Shown piece by piece: positions 40,722 to 50,946 of a stretch of 64,000 bases of DNA. Source of the DNA: Candidatus Woesearchaeota archaeon (GTDB lineage: Archaea > Nanobdellota > Nanobdellia > Woesearchaeales > BM511); NCBI GenBank assembly GCA_002867475.1, contig PKTL01000043.1:16192-80191 (forward strand), in the 5' to 3' direction. Below the pieces are notes generated by a model. That model was not told where the DNA came from, ran no database searches, and was given only the letters and a program-made list of their open reading frames with translations. The first letter of the stretch is position 1. Every line of letters begins with the position of its first letter. A program made the position numbers and the translations under genes.

Positions 40722-41282
40722 ATGGAAGAGATAATCAATAAATCCAAGGAATTATTTCTAAAAAACATTTCAGATTTTGATTCAGACCCTTTCAATCTCA
40801 AGTCTCATATAATTGAGCTTGAGAAATGGGCTTTGTATATGCACAAAAAATACCCTGATTTTGATCTTGAGATAGTAAGACTTGGAATATATCTGCATGA
40901 TATAGGTCATTATCCATTGCAGGATGAGGATCATGCGGTAATCAGTGAGAAAAAGGCTAGGATCTTTTTAGAAGATGAGAAGTATCCAAAGCTTGATGAA
41001 GTTCTTCATTGCGTTAGAAGTCATAGATGTAAAGATGTTATGCCTGATTCTTATGAGGCTAAGGTTTTAGCTTTTATTGATTCCGCGTCTCACATGACTG
41101 ATTCAATGTATCTGGATATAGCTAAGAAGCAAAAAGAGGTTGAAGGATATTATGACGTTTTTGGAAAGATTGATAGAGATTTTAGAGATCTTGCTCATTT
41201 TCCTGAAGTGAAAGAAGAATTGAAAGAGCTTCATGATGCTTGGAAGATTCTTCTTAAGGCTTATAACAAAATTGATATATAA
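40722..41282 (+). CDS. HD-domain phosphohydrolase
   Basis: H...YLHDIGH, DHA, HCVRSH, FIDSASH. Confidence 0.85.
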   Translation: MEEIINKSKELFLKNISDFDSDPFNLKSHIIELEKWALYMHKKYPDFDLEIVRLGIYLHDIGHYPLQDEDHAVISEKKARIFLEDEKYPKLDEVLHCVRSHRCKDVMPDSYEAKVLAFIDSASHMTDSMYLDIAKKQKEVEGYYDVFGKIDRDFRDLAHFPEVKEELKELHDAWKILLKAYNKIDI

Positions 41283-41314
41283 CAAAAAAAAGAAAAAAAT
41301 ATTTTTTTATATAT

Positions 41315-41566
41315 TTAGATTAGCATCATGAAAGAACTATACTTTTGATTCTTATTTTTATCATAATTTCTGTTTTCTTCATTTCCAATAGGATACAAAG
41401 AATTTTTTGAAATTGTTACATTTCTAGAATATCTAGGGTCAGGTATTTTTAGCTGTTCGATCAAGCTTATTGGAAGTTGTCCTTCTATATTTGAATTTAC
41501 GAATTCATCTTGATATGTACTTTTTACTTTTTTGTCTATTGTTTCATTCATTTTTATTTGCCTCAT
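41315..41566 (-). CDS. Hypothetical protein
   Basis: 83-aa ORF only. Confidence 0.4.
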   Translation of the reverse strand: MRQIKMNETIDKKVKSTYQDEFVNSNIEGQLPISLIEQLKIPDPRYSRNVTISKNSLYPIGNEENRNYDKNKNQKYSSFMMLI

Positions 41567-41639
41567 TTAAGTTTATTTTTTATTAGAAAATTAGATTTTG
41601 ATCAAGTCCAATTTTTAAGATTTGGTTAATGTCGTGCTC

Positions 41640-41741
41640 TTATAGTAAGATGAGAAGGAGTAAGAGATTTAGAAATAAGATATTATTGAAAATAGTTTTT
41701 TTGTTTTCTTGTTTTTTGCTTGTTTTTGTTTTGTAATTCAT
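41640..41741 (-). CDS. Putative 33-aa basic/Leu-tail peptide
   Basis: MNYKTKTSKKQENKKTIFNNILFLNLLLLLILL; strong AGGAGGA RBS at about 41751-41757. Confidence 0.5.
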   Translation of the reverse strand: MNYKTKTSKKQENKKTIFNNILFLNLLLLLILL

Positions 41742-41803
41742 TTTTTTATTTCCTCCTATAGATTATTTTTAAAAAATGTGCGTGTTAGCTTTTGATCGCT
41801 AAC

Positions 41804-41869
41804 TTAGAGTAAGAGCAGTAGAACTAAGAGAAATGATAATTGGATTGTTTTAGTTCTAAAAAATATCAT
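41804..41869 (-). CDS. Putative 21-aa Leu-tail peptide
   Basis: MIFFRTKTIQLSFLLVLLLLL; TTTATAAA 22 nt upstream; hairpin directly after stop. Confidence 0.4.
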   Translation of the reverse strand: MIFFRTKTIQLSFLLVLLLLL

Positions 41870-41935
41870 AATAATATTAATGCATTAATGATTTATAAAG
41901 ATAACTAAAAATGATCAAAACTCAATATCTTATTA

Positions 41936-42424
41936 TCATATTGAAACTTTTTTAAGGTTTGAAATAAAATTATCAATTTTTTTCCAATCTCTAAGGTCAT
42001 TATATTTTGAATAATCTAAAGGTGTTCCTTCCTTTTCATTGATTTTTCGAACAATAAATTTTTCTATAAAATTCATTTTTGAATTCTTTGTAAAGTCAAA
42101 TACTGGACCAAAAGCAGCTTTTGCAATAAATTTTTTCCCAATTGGATCTATATATTCAGATATTGCTTTTTTTTCATCTCTATAAGCCTCACCACAAGTA
42201 ACAAATATTGCAATATTTTTAAAATCATTTTCTAAGAATTTTCTGCTTTTTTTAGTGATCCTTCCAATCTTTATTCCAGCTCCGAAAACAACCAAGTCAT
42301 AATTCTCAACATTAGGATTTTCTTTTTCTATATTGATTACATCTGCTTTGAGTTTTTTCGCTATATACTTAGAAACTTCTTCACAATTCCCATATCGCGA
42401 TGCGTGTGCAATTAATATTTTCAT
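41936..42424 (-). CDS. Flavodoxin-domain protein (HemG-like)
   Basis: ILIAHASRYGN, YDLVVFGAGI, DLRDWKKI. Confidence 0.85.
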   Translation of the reverse strand: MKILIAHASRYGNCEEVSKYIAKKLKADVINIEKENPNVENYDLVVFGAGIKIGRITKKSRKFLENDFKNIAIFVTCGEAYRDEKKAISEYIDPIGKKFIAKAAFGPVFDFTKNSKMNFIEKFIVRKINEKEGTPLDYSKYNDLRDWKKIDNFISNLKKVSI

Positions 42425-42472
42425 AATAGATTATTATAATTAAATTATTTAAAAAATTTTTCTTAAAAAAAG

Positions 42473-43576
42473 CTACAATTCTTCAATCTCTATTGGAAAC
42501 GCATCCTTTGTTGGATACTCTTCAATTATGTATGCCTTGTATTTCTTTTTCTTTAGTTCATCAAGATGTTTCTTCAATATTTTTGGAGTTGTAATAACCC
42601 TTGCAAAATCCTCATCTAAAAATAGCTTTTTTTCTTTCACTCCAAGTGAGACCATTAAATCATAGATTTTTTTGGCTTTTTCTATATCGCTTTTTGTGAC
42701 TTTTTTATGTTGAAGCTCCTTGAAATACACTGCGCCTCGAATAAGCATTCCTTCTCTTGTTAACTTATCTGTTTTTAGCTTGACATTTTTTGCTCTTTTC
42801 TTTATACGTTTTGCAAGCTGATGAGAATCTTTCAATTTTGCTGTACAAAAATGAACATTAGAAATACCTAACTTATTTGCATATTCCATTATTTCAAGAG
42901 CAGTTTCTTTAGATCCTTTAACTGCATAACTAACATCATCAATGGTTTCATATTCTTTTCCAGTTTTGCTAAAACTATTATCTGCAACTTCTAATTCGTT
43001 AAGATTCAAGTAATCAATGTATTTACTAGTTTTATCAAGTAATTTTTTTATCTTTTCAAGGTCTTTTGGTATTGCAGGTATCTCAATGACTATTTTCCAA
43101 TCATAAATGCTTGCTAGTTTTAGCCTTTCCCATTGGGTTTCCTTATTGAAGTCTGGGTGGAATCTTATCTCATCAAGGCCTGCTTCATATAATTTATTTA
43201 GATAGTCCTTATTTACTAGATCAAGGCTTGTGTACAAGTGTATATGAAATTTTTTTCCAAAAGTATCTTTTAGTAATTTAATGTAATCAGCAGTTCTTTG
43301 AATTGTCACTAAAGGATCGCCTCCAGTAATCCCCACACCTTTACTACCACATAATTTTATTTCAGAAATAACATCTTTCTCATTTTTTATTTCCCACTCA
43401 TTGATGTAGGTTACATCCTTATCCTTTTTAGCATCGCTTATTGGACAATATGTGCATCTTCTTGGACATAGCCCTGTTATGAAAAATACTGATTTTTCTC
43501 CTTTTACGCATTGTTTACAACCATTTGACAATTTCCCTGTTTTTAGACTATCAAATCCTGTTTTTTTTATTCGCAT
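42473..43576 (-). CDS. Archaeal radical SAM protein
   Basis: GCKQCVKG, CPRRCTYC, GITGGDP, HIHLYT, LDEIRFHP, NLNELE. Confidence 0.9.
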   Translation of the reverse strand: MRIKKTGFDSLKTGKLSNGCKQCVKGEKSVFFITGLCPRRCTYCPISDAKKDKDVTYINEWEIKNEKDVISEIKLCGSKGVGITGGDPLVTIQRTADYIKLLKDTFGKKFHIHLYTSLDLVNKDYLNKLYEAGLDEIRFHPDFNKETQWERLKLASIYDWKIVIEIPAIPKDLEKIKKLLDKTSKYIDYLNLNELEVADNSFSKTGKEYETIDDVSYAVKGSKETALEIMEYANKLGISNVHFCTAKLKDSHQLAKRIKKRAKNVKLKTDKLTREGMLIRGAVYFKELQHKKVTKSDIEKAKKIYDLMVSLGVKEKKLFLDEDFARVITTPKILKKHLDELKKKKYKAYIIEEYPTKDAFPIEIEEL

Positions 43577-43604
43577 AAAGAAAAAGAAAAAGTAGTGGTT
43601 TAAA

Positions 43605-44120
43605 TTAGTATTGTTTTAGTAGGTTTGGCACTGCAGAACCTATTGCGCCAGCCATAGTTATTATAACCACTGCTTTCATAGTATTATGAAAATCACCCAC
43701 TCTTTCATTTATATTCAATAGGTATACAAGTATCAATGCTATAGATAAGCTTATTACATATAATGTCACAAGCCTTTTTGTCAAGAATTGTCCAAAAGGC
43801 CTTAATCTTTTATCTTCAACCCTACTATATCCTATAAAGTATATTTCTGCTACAAGTATTAAGAATGTGAAAGCAATTATTGCTTCAATATGAAAAGTGT
43901 TTAAGCTTATTGCTGTATCGACTAAACCCCCTTTAAGTGCAAAAGTTAAGCTTATTATCAAAGCACCAAAAAACGCGTTGATTATATCACGCCTACTAAA
44001 ATGACTTGGTCGTTTGTCAAGAAGCTTGCTTCGCATAAATGCAAGGTTTTCCTTTACTTCCTCAAGCTCTTTTTCTTCTTTTTCTATCTCTTTAATTACT
44101 GATTTCTTCTGTTTCTTCAT
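43605..44120 (-). CDS. Membrane protein (DUF2391-like)
   Basis: FSRRDIINAFFGA; four TM helices. Confidence 0.65.
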   Translation of the reverse strand: MKKQKKSVIKEIEKEEKELEEVKENLAFMRSKLLDKRPSHFSRRDIINAFFGALIISLTFALKGGLVDTAISLNTFHIEAIIAFTFLILVAEIYFIGYSRVEDKRLRPFGQFLTKRLVTLYVISLSIALILVYLLNINERVGDFHNTMKAVVIITMAGAIGSAVPNLLKQY

Positions 44121-44122
44121 CT

Positions 44123-44419
44123 TTAATAGGGTATGACTTGTACTTTTGGTTCATCACTGTTTTCTTCTGATAATTCAGGTTTTTCTTCATCTGAACTTGC
44201 TTGTTCGATCGTTGATGAAGGATTATCATCAGAAAAGATACTAAACATATCATTATTATCAGCATGAGAGTCAACAGATGCACTAGAGGCTGAATCTGAG
44301 AACATATCGACAAATCCCGAATCTGAAGAATTATCCTCACCTATTATCTTCTGTAAAAATTTGATTATTTCCCTTATATGTTCTGGAGAATCCTTATCAG
44401 TATCTATTCTTATCTGCAT
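44123..44419 (-). CDS. Hypothetical protein with acidic low-complexity tail
   Basis: MQIRIDTDKDSPEHIREII N-terminus; co-oriented in operon. Confidence 0.65.
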   Translation of the reverse strand: MQIRIDTDKDSPEHIREIIKFLQKIIGEDNSSDSGFVDMFSDSASSASVDSHADNNDMFSIFSDDNPSSTIEQASSDEEKPELSEENSDEPKVQVIPY

Positions 44420-44546
44420 ACTTTAATTCCTTGTTTTTTTCTTTATAAAACTTTTGATAAATGAGATAAAACAACGACTTGAAAACAACAAACTTTAAAT
44501 AAAGGCGATAATTGCTATTTTTATTAAATAATATTAAGGTGGGAAA

Positions 44547-44960
44547 ATGAGTATAATCGCATTCAATTTTACAAAAATCTCAGCAGAGAAGAAACAAGCA
44601 AAGAAAGCAAGCAAGATTGAGATCCAAAACAATGTAGCGATCAAAGAGATCGGTGAACCAGGATTGAACCTTGCATCAGGAGATAATGTTGCAGTAAAGG
44701 TCGAGTTTGAATTTGAGACAAAGTTCGAACCTGAAATGGGAAACATAGTTATCGCTGGAAATCTTATCTCTCTTGAGAAAAAAGACGCAGGTGAGAAGCT
44801 ATTAAATGGATGGAAAGACGGTAAAAAGGTTGATGCAGAATTGATGAAACCTATAATGAATTCTATCCTTGCAAAGGCAAATGTCCAAGCATTAATAATG
44901 AGTAGAGACGTTAATCTGCCTTCGCCAATACAACTTCCTAAAGTCACTATTAAAAAATAG
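44547..44960 (+). CDS. Conserved hypothetical protein upstream of CDC48
   Basis: FNFTKISAEK...NLPSPIQLPKV; GGTGG RBS. Confidence 0.75.
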   Translation: MSIIAFNFTKISAEKKQAKKASKIEIQNNVAIKEIGEPGLNLASGDNVAVKVEFEFETKFEPEMGNIVIAGNLISLEKKDAGEKLLNGWKDGKKVDAELMKPIMNSILAKANVQALIMSRDVNLPSPIQLPKVTIKK

Positions 44961-45026
44961 GTGATTTTTTCTTTTTTTTAGTAACATTTATCTATAACAT
45001 ATAATTTACATTTAGCAGGTGTTGAA

Positions 45027-47534
45027 ATGAGTCAAGAATTAAAACTAAAAGTTGTTGAAGCGATACAGGATGACCTGTATAAAGGAATCGTAAGGATAGA
45101 TATCAATTATATGCAGCAAATTGGTGTGCGTCCTGGAGACATAGTAGAGATTATAGGGCAGAAAACAACTGTTGCAATTGTTGACAGAGCATACCCTGGA
45201 GATATGGGACTAAACATTGTTAGAATGGATGGTCTTATCAGACGTAATGCAAAAACAGGTATCGGCGAATTTGTAAGAGTAAAACCAATAACTGTTAAAG
45301 AAGCAAAAAAGATTACTATTGCCCCTGCTAAAAAAGGCATCATGATAAAAGCGTCACCCGACATATTCAAGCAAGCTTTGATTGGAAGACCCGTATGTAA
45401 AGAGGATCTAATAAGTCTTGGCGGAACGAAAAGAAGAAGGCAAAATTTTGACAACCCTATGTTTGATGATGTTTTCAATATGCTTGATGAAAGCTTGATG
45501 AGTTTTGGTCTTGGTGACCTAAAATTTATTGTTGTTGATGTTAAGCCTGATGAACCTGTTATGATAACACAGAATACTGAGATGATATTCAACCCTGAAG
45601 CTGTAGAGCTAAAAGAGCAGAAAGTTATGGAAGTTACCTATGAAGATATAGGTGGCTTGGAAGAAGAAGTAAAAAAAGTTAGAGAAATGGTTGAGCTTCC
45701 TCTTAAAAGACCTGAAGTTTTTGAAAGGCTTGGGATTGACGCACCAAAAGGAGTATTACTACATGGACCTCCTGGAACTGGAAAAACCCTACTTGCAAAA
45801 GCTGTAGCTAATGAAACTAACAGTAATTTTATTCTTATTAACGGGCCAGAAATCATGAGTAAATATTATGGTCAATCAGAAGAGAATTTGAGAAAAAAGT
45901 TTGAAGAGGCTGAAAAGAACGCTCCAAGCATCATATTCATAGATGAGATTGATGCTATCGCATCAAAAAGAGAAGAAAGCAAGGGAGAGGTTGAAAGAAG
46001 GGTTGTGGCACAGCTTCTTGCGATTATGGATGGACTAAAATCCAGAGGAAGAGTTGTTGTTATGGCTGCAACAAACATACCAAACTCACTCGACCCAGCA
46101 CTAAGAAGACCTGGAAGGTTCGATAGAGAAATAGAGATAGGCGTTCCTAGTAAAGAAGGAAGAGAAAGCATACTTAAAATCCACACCAGAAACATGCCAA
46201 TATACACACCTTATGATAGTCTTAATGAAATGGATAAAAAAGTAAATGAAGATATCAAAGATTTCTTGAAATACACAATAAATCTATATAAGGATAAGCA
46301 AAAATTTACTCAAAAAGATCTTGAATCAAGCATAAATAAATACTTAAAAGACCATCCTGAAAAAAATGATGTAGCTAAAGATTTTGATATGATTGAAATA
46401 AAAAAAATTATTGATAACATGACATCTAATCCTAACATTGTCAATCTAAATGGTATAGCTAGCATAACCCATGGTTTTGTAGGTGCAGATTTAAGTGCTT
46501 TAAGTAAGGAAGCTGCTATGATACTTCTTAGACGTATACAACCAGACCTGAAATTGAATGAGGATAGTGATAAACCACTTCCTAAAGAAGTTCTGGATAA
46601 GATAAAAATAACTCAAAAAGATTTCATAGAATCACTAAAAGTTGTTAGACCTAGTGCTTTAAGAGAAGTATTGATTGAAGTTCCTAATATAAAATGGAAA
46701 GATATTGGAGGACTTGAAAAAGCAAAGCAAGAACTTGTTGAAAGTGTTGAATGGCCTTTCAAGAACCCTGAAGTTTTTAATAGGCTTGGTGTAAAACCAC
46801 CAAAAGGTATACTTCTTTATGGACCACCTGGAACAGGTAAGACTCTTCTAGCAAAAGCTGTAGCAAATGAAAGCGAAGCTAATTTCATAAGCGTTAAAGG
46901 ACCTGAGATGCTTAGTAAATGGGTTGGTGAATCTGAAAAAGCAGTAAGGGAAATATTCAAGAAAGCTAGACAAGCTAGTCCAACAATCATATTCTTTGAT
47001 GAAATTGATAGTATTGCACCAAGAAGAGGAAGCAGTAGCGATTCGAATGTTACTGAAAGAGTTGTGAATCAATTATTGACTGAAATTGATGGTTTGGAAG
47101 CATTGCATGACATTGTTATAATTGCTGCAACAAATAGGCCAGATATTGTTGACACAGCACTCCTTAGACCTGGCAGGTTTGATAGGATAGTTCTTGTAAC
47201 TGCACCTGATGAGAAAGCAAGAAAAGACATATTCAAAGTACACACCAAAGGAATGAAGATAGCAAAAGATGTGAACATTGAAGAGCTTGCCATCAAGACC
47301 CATGGTTATGTCGGTGCTGATATTGAAGCGATATGTAGAGAAGCAGCGCTTCTGACACTACGTGATAACATGGAAGCTAAAGAAGTTACTATGGAATATT
47401 TCGAAAAAGCTATAGAAAAAGTTGCTCCAAGCGTGTCAGATGATGTTGAAAAAGCATATGAAGAACTTCAAAAACAATTTAGTAGCGCTAAAGGAAAAGA
47501 GATGAAAGATCAAAAGCCAAGTTATTATGGCTAA
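45027..47534 (+). CDS. cdc48: CDC48/VAT AAA+ ATPase
   Basis: N-domain; two [19 protein letters not shown] modules; C-terminal YYG HbYX motif. Confidence 0.97.
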   Translation: MSQELKLKVVEAIQDDLYKGIVRIDINYMQQIGVRPGDIVEIIGQKTTVAIVDRAYPGDMGLNIVRMDGLIRRNAKTGIGEFVRVKPITVKEAKKITIAPAKKGIMIKASPDIFKQALIGRPVCKEDLISLGGTKRRRQNFDNPMFDDVFNMLDESLMSFGLGDLKFIVVDVKPDEPVMITQNTEMIFNPEAVELKEQKVMEVTYEDIGGLEEEVKKVREMVELPLKRPEVFERLGIDAPKGVLLHGPPGTGKTLLAKAVANETNSNFILINGPEIMSKYYGQSEENLRKKFEEAEKNAPSIIFIDEIDAIASKREESKGEVERRVVAQLLAIMDGLKSRGRVVVMAATNIPNSLDPALRRPGRFDREIEIGVPSKEGRESILKIHTRNMPIYTPYDSLNEMDKKVNEDIKDFLKYTINLYKDKQKFTQKDLESSINKYLKDHPEKNDVAKDFDMIEIKKIIDNMTSNPNIVNLNGIASITHGFVGADLSALSKEAAMILLRRIQPDLKLNEDSDKPLPKEVLDKIKITQKDFIESLKVVRPSALREVLIEVPNIKWKDIGGLEKAKQELVESVEWPFKNPEVFNRLGVKPPKGILLYGPPGTGKTLLAKAVANESEANFISVKGPEMLSKWVGESEKAVREIFKKARQASPTIIFFDEIDSIAPRRGSSSDSNVTERVVNQLLTEIDGLEALHDIVIIAATNRPDIVDTALLRPGRFDRIVLVTAPDEKARKDIFKVHTKGMKIAKDVNIEELAIKTHGYVGADIEAICREAALLTLRDNMEAKEVTMEYFEKAIEKVAPSVSDDVEKAYEELQKQFSSAKGKEMKDQKPSYYG

Positions 47535-47549
47535 AATTATTTTTTTATT

Positions 47550-47897
47550 TTATTGTTCTATTGGATTAAAACTATAATCCATCAATACCCCATTATATAT
47601 TATCTGTTTTTTGTCAGTAAGAGAATTTCTTAAAACATCAATTTGTCCTTTTAACGAAACATAATCACATATTTTTGAGATATCAACACCATATTTATCT
47701 CCTTGATTTATCATAATCTCAACTTCTTTAAGGACAGTTCCTAATTCACCTTCAGTTAAGGACCTGTTTCTTTTATAGGAATTCCTAGCAGAAGAAATAT
47801 ATGCTTCAAAAACAGCATCTGCGTTTCCTTCTACTTCAAAGAGCTCGTTATTTACTATCCGTTCAAGCAATACTCCACCATAACTAGCTTTTTTCAT
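47550..47897 (-). CDS. Hypothetical protein
   Basis: 115-aa ORF with TATA-like element upstream. Confidence 0.55.
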   Translation of the reverse strand: MKKASYGGVLLERIVNNELFEVEGNADAVFEAYISSARNSYKRNRSLTEGELGTVLKEVEIMINQGDKYGVDISKICDYVSLKGQIDVLRNSLTDKKQIIYNGVLMDYSFNPIEQ

Positions 47898-47971
47898 AAT
47901 TATTTTAAAGTAAATACATCTATTTAAAGATATATGATAATTTTATAAATAAGAATCTCTTATCATCCTAC

Positions 47972-48730
47972 ATGGTTAAGCTAAAAGATATTGTTGACTA
48001 CCTTGATGGTGAATTGGATATAAAGAGTTTTGAAGATTCTTCAAATAATGGATTACAAGTTGAAACAAAAAAACCTATAAAAAAAATAGGTTTTGCAGTC
48101 GATGGTTGCTTGGAAGTATTTGAGAAAGCAAAAGAGAAATCTTGCGATCTAGTTATTGTTCACCATGGTATTAGTTGGAATGATTCATTGAAGCATATCA
48201 CAAATATGAATTATAGTCGGCTTAGTTATCTCATAAAAAATGATATAGGGCTTTATGGTTGCCATCTTCCTCTTGACGCGCATAGCAAGTATGGTAATAA
48301 TATAACTATGGGCAAATTATTAGGTTTGAAAAAGCTCAAGAAATTTGGTGATTATCATGGCATTCCTATTGGTTATGGAGGAGAACTGGAAAAAAAGTTA
48401 AGTATTGATAAGTTTGCAAAGCTTGTTGAGAATAAGCTTGATACTATAATCAGGATAGTTGGCCATGGAAAGGATGATATCAAAAAAGTTGCGATAGTCT
48501 CAGGTGGTGGAAGCAGTTCACTCAATGAAGCGATAAGAAATGATTATGATGTATTGATTGTTGGCGAAGCACCACATAATAAATATCATGAAAGTAAGGA
48601 AGGAAATATCAATCTTGTTCTTGCAGGACATTATAATACTGAAGTTTTTGGTGTCAAAGCACTTATGCCTGTTCTTGAAAAGAAGTTCAAGGTAAAGACT
48701 GAATTCATCGATGTCCCTACTGGTTTTTGA
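47972..48730 (+). CDS. Nif3-like dinuclear metal-centre protein
   Basis: NGLQV, IVHHG, CHLPLDAH, GNN, AGHYNTE. Confidence 0.93.
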   Translation: MVKLKDIVDYLDGELDIKSFEDSSNNGLQVETKKPIKKIGFAVDGCLEVFEKAKEKSCDLVIVHHGISWNDSLKHITNMNYSRLSYLIKNDIGLYGCHLPLDAHSKYGNNITMGKLLGLKKLKKFGDYHGIPIGYGGELEKKLSIDKFAKLVENKLDTIIRIVGHGKDDIKKVAIVSGGGSSSLNEAIRNDYDVLIVGEAPHNKYHESKEGNINLVLAGHYNTEVFGVKALMPVLEKKFKVKTEFIDVPTGF

Positions 48731-48780
48731 AAAGATTTTTATACCTCTAAATAAATTAAACAATTAGAGGTGGTATTTTA

Positions 48781-49008
48781 ATGTATGAGGCGAATGATTA
48801 TTTAGATTCTATGGGAGTTTGTTTATTTAGCTTGTATAGTACAGCTTATGATAATAATCTAAAGAATGTTGGGTGTGGTGCTTGTGAAAGTGAAAACCCA
48901 CAAAATAGATGTTATCTGTATCAAAAGATAAAGAGTAACATAAAATTGCTTAATTTAGAACCTAAAGAAGGTCTTGAATGGATAATTAAAAAACAAGAAG
49001 CTGCATAA
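48781..49008 (+). CDS. Small Cys-containing hypothetical protein
   Basis: GAGGTGG RBS; C..CGAC..C. Confidence 0.55.
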   Translation: MYEANDYLDSMGVCLFSLYSTAYDNNLKNVGCGACESENPQNRCYLYQKIKSNIKLLNLEPKEGLEWIIKKQEAA

Positions 49009-49052
49009 AATTTTTCATAAGATTTTTATATGAATCATATTCAATTAATGTT

Positions 49053-49487
49053 ATGTATGAACGAAAAAAAGTAATTTGGGAAACTTTAATCTTAATCTCA
49101 GTAGTTCTTGTTATAACTTTATTAATATTAGAATTCTTTGTTGATTTAACACATTATGAAGGATATATTTTATGGTTTGAAGGAGTAATTTTTGGAATAT
49201 TTCTTAGTGATTTAATTATACTTTATCGAAGAAGTAAAAATTATAAAGATTTTTTAAAAAAAAATTGGCTTGATATTATTGCTACAATTCCTTTAGGGCA
49301 AGCTTTTAGACTTGCAAAATTCATTAGATTTTTTAAAATATTAAAAACTTTAAAAATTTTTAAAAGTATTAAATTATTAAAAGCACTTGAATCTGTAAGA
49401 CTTGTTCATGTTGACAGAATATTGAAAATTTTCTCAAAAAAAGATAGATCTATGCCAGCTCCGAATTCTAACGAAAAAAGAAATTAA
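49053..49487 (+). CDS. Stand-alone voltage-sensor-like (Ion_trans S1-S4) protein
   Basis: IFLSD, NWLDIIATIP, S4-like FRLAKFIRFFKILKTLKIFK; no pore GYG. Confidence 0.7.
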   Translation: MYERKKVIWETLILISVVLVITLLILEFFVDLTHYEGYILWFEGVIFGIFLSDLIILYRRSKNYKDFLKKNWLDIIATIPLGQAFRLAKFIRFFKILKTLKIFKSIKLLKALESVRLVHVDRILKIFSKKDRSMPAPNSNEKRN

Positions 49488-49644
49488 GTATGAAAATTTG
49501 TATGCAAACTTTATACTAACTGTAAGTCAGTCTAAATTTGTAAAGTTGCTTACGTAAGTTTTATACAAAAAGAGTCTAATAGGACTCTAGGCATAAAATT
49601 TACAGAAGGCAAATTTTATAAATAAATCTTTATTTATTTGAACT

Positions 49645-50937
49645 ATGTCAAAGCAATATGATTATGGTGATAAAATAAAGGTTCTTACTGATTCAAAGGA
49701 GATTGTAGGAACAAGCCTCCCAAGACCCGAAATTCTTGATGAAAACATCCTAGTATTGAAACTTGAAAATGGGTATAATATAGGTATTGATAAGAAAAAA
49801 ATCAAAAAAGTTGAAGTATTAGAAAAATATAAAGCTAAAACTATAAAAAATAAGACTATCAGTCACAAAAAAGGTTTGCCAACAGTTTCAATTATTAGTG
49901 CTGGTGGTACGATCAGTAGTAAAATTGATTATAAGACTGGTGGAACAGTAGCTGATTACACTGCAGAAGATTTTATGGATATGATTCCAGAGATTCAAGA
50001 TATAGCAAATGTTAAAGCAGTGAAATGCCTTAATGTTATGAGCGAAGATATGAATGAATCAGATTGGAAAACAATTGCTAAGTCAATTGAAAAAGAATTA
50101 GAAACAGCAGAGGGGATTGTTCTTAGTCAAGGAACAGACACACTTCATTATACTTCAGCGATTTTAAGTTTTTATTTCAAAGATGTTAAAAAACCCATTA
50201 TTTTAACAGCTGCTCAACGTAGCATTGATAGAGGAAGCAGTGATGCATTTATGAACTTAGCATGTGCTACTAATGCCGCTGCTAATTTTGAAGGAGCAGG
50301 AGTTTTTGTTTGTATGCATGCAAATAGTAGTGATGATTTTTGTCAACTTATTAGAGGAACTAAAGTTAGAAAGATGCATACTAGTAGAAGAGATGCATTT
50401 AGACCTATTAATTCAAGCCCTGTTGCTGAAATTTACACAGATAAAATTAATATTTTAGATAAGGATTTTACTAAAAAAGATTTAAAAAATAAAACAAAAA
50501 CTAGTATTTCTTTTGAGGAAAAAGTTGGACTTTTATACATCCAACCATTAATTGATCCTAAAATTGTTGATTTCTATGTTAAAGAAGGTTACAAAGGTTT
50601 AGTTATTAGCGCAACAGCCCTAGGACATGTTCCAAGCGAGGGTAAAAATAATTTGATTACAGCTTTAGAAAAAGCTAAGAAAAAAGGATTAACAATTGTT
50701 GTTGCAAGTCAAACTCTTTATGGTTCAACTAATGAATTTGTTTATGCAAATCTTAGAAAATTAAGTGTTGCATTAAATCTTATTTTTGCTAAAGATATGA
50801 GTCCTGAAACTAGCCTTGTTAAACTTGGTTGGATCCTTGGACAAACAAATGATGAAAATGAAATTAAAGAGATGTTTGAAACTAATTATGCATATGAATA
50901 TAATGACAAGATTAGTGAGGATGAATTTCTAAATTAG
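49645..50937 (+). CDS. gatD: Glu-tRNA(Gln) amidotransferase subunit D
   Basis: KLENGYNIG, GGTISSKIDY, GTDTLHYT, QRSIDRGSSD, RKMHTSRRDAF. Confidence 0.96.
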   Translation: MSKQYDYGDKIKVLTDSKEIVGTSLPRPEILDENILVLKLENGYNIGIDKKKIKKVEVLEKYKAKTIKNKTISHKKGLPTVSIISAGGTISSKIDYKTGGTVADYTAEDFMDMIPEIQDIANVKAVKCLNVMSEDMNESDWKTIAKSIEKELETAEGIVLSQGTDTLHYTSAILSFYFKDVKKPIILTAAQRSIDRGSSDAFMNLACATNAAANFEGAGVFVCMHANSSDDFCQLIRGTKVRKMHTSRRDAFRPINSSPVAEIYTDKINILDKDFTKKDLKNKTKTSISFEEKVGLLYIQPLIDPKIVDFYVKEGYKGLVISATALGHVPSEGKNNLITALEKAKKKGLTIVVASQTLYGSTNEFVYANLRKLSVALNLIFAKDMSPETSLVKLGWILGQTNDENEIKEMFETNYAYEYNDKISEDEFLN

Positions 50938-50946
50938 GTGGATTAA

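Noticed and set aside
46198-46440. About 75-aa insertion in the CDC48 D1 lid as a possible intein
   Set aside because: No Cys/Ser start, His-Asn end or endonuclease motifs; helical inserts at this position occur in other archaeal CDC48 proteins.
49488-49644. Possible small RNA in the intergenic region with an agagtc/gactct hairpin
   Set aside because: Only a 6-bp stem; no tRNA, C/D box or other recognisable motif.
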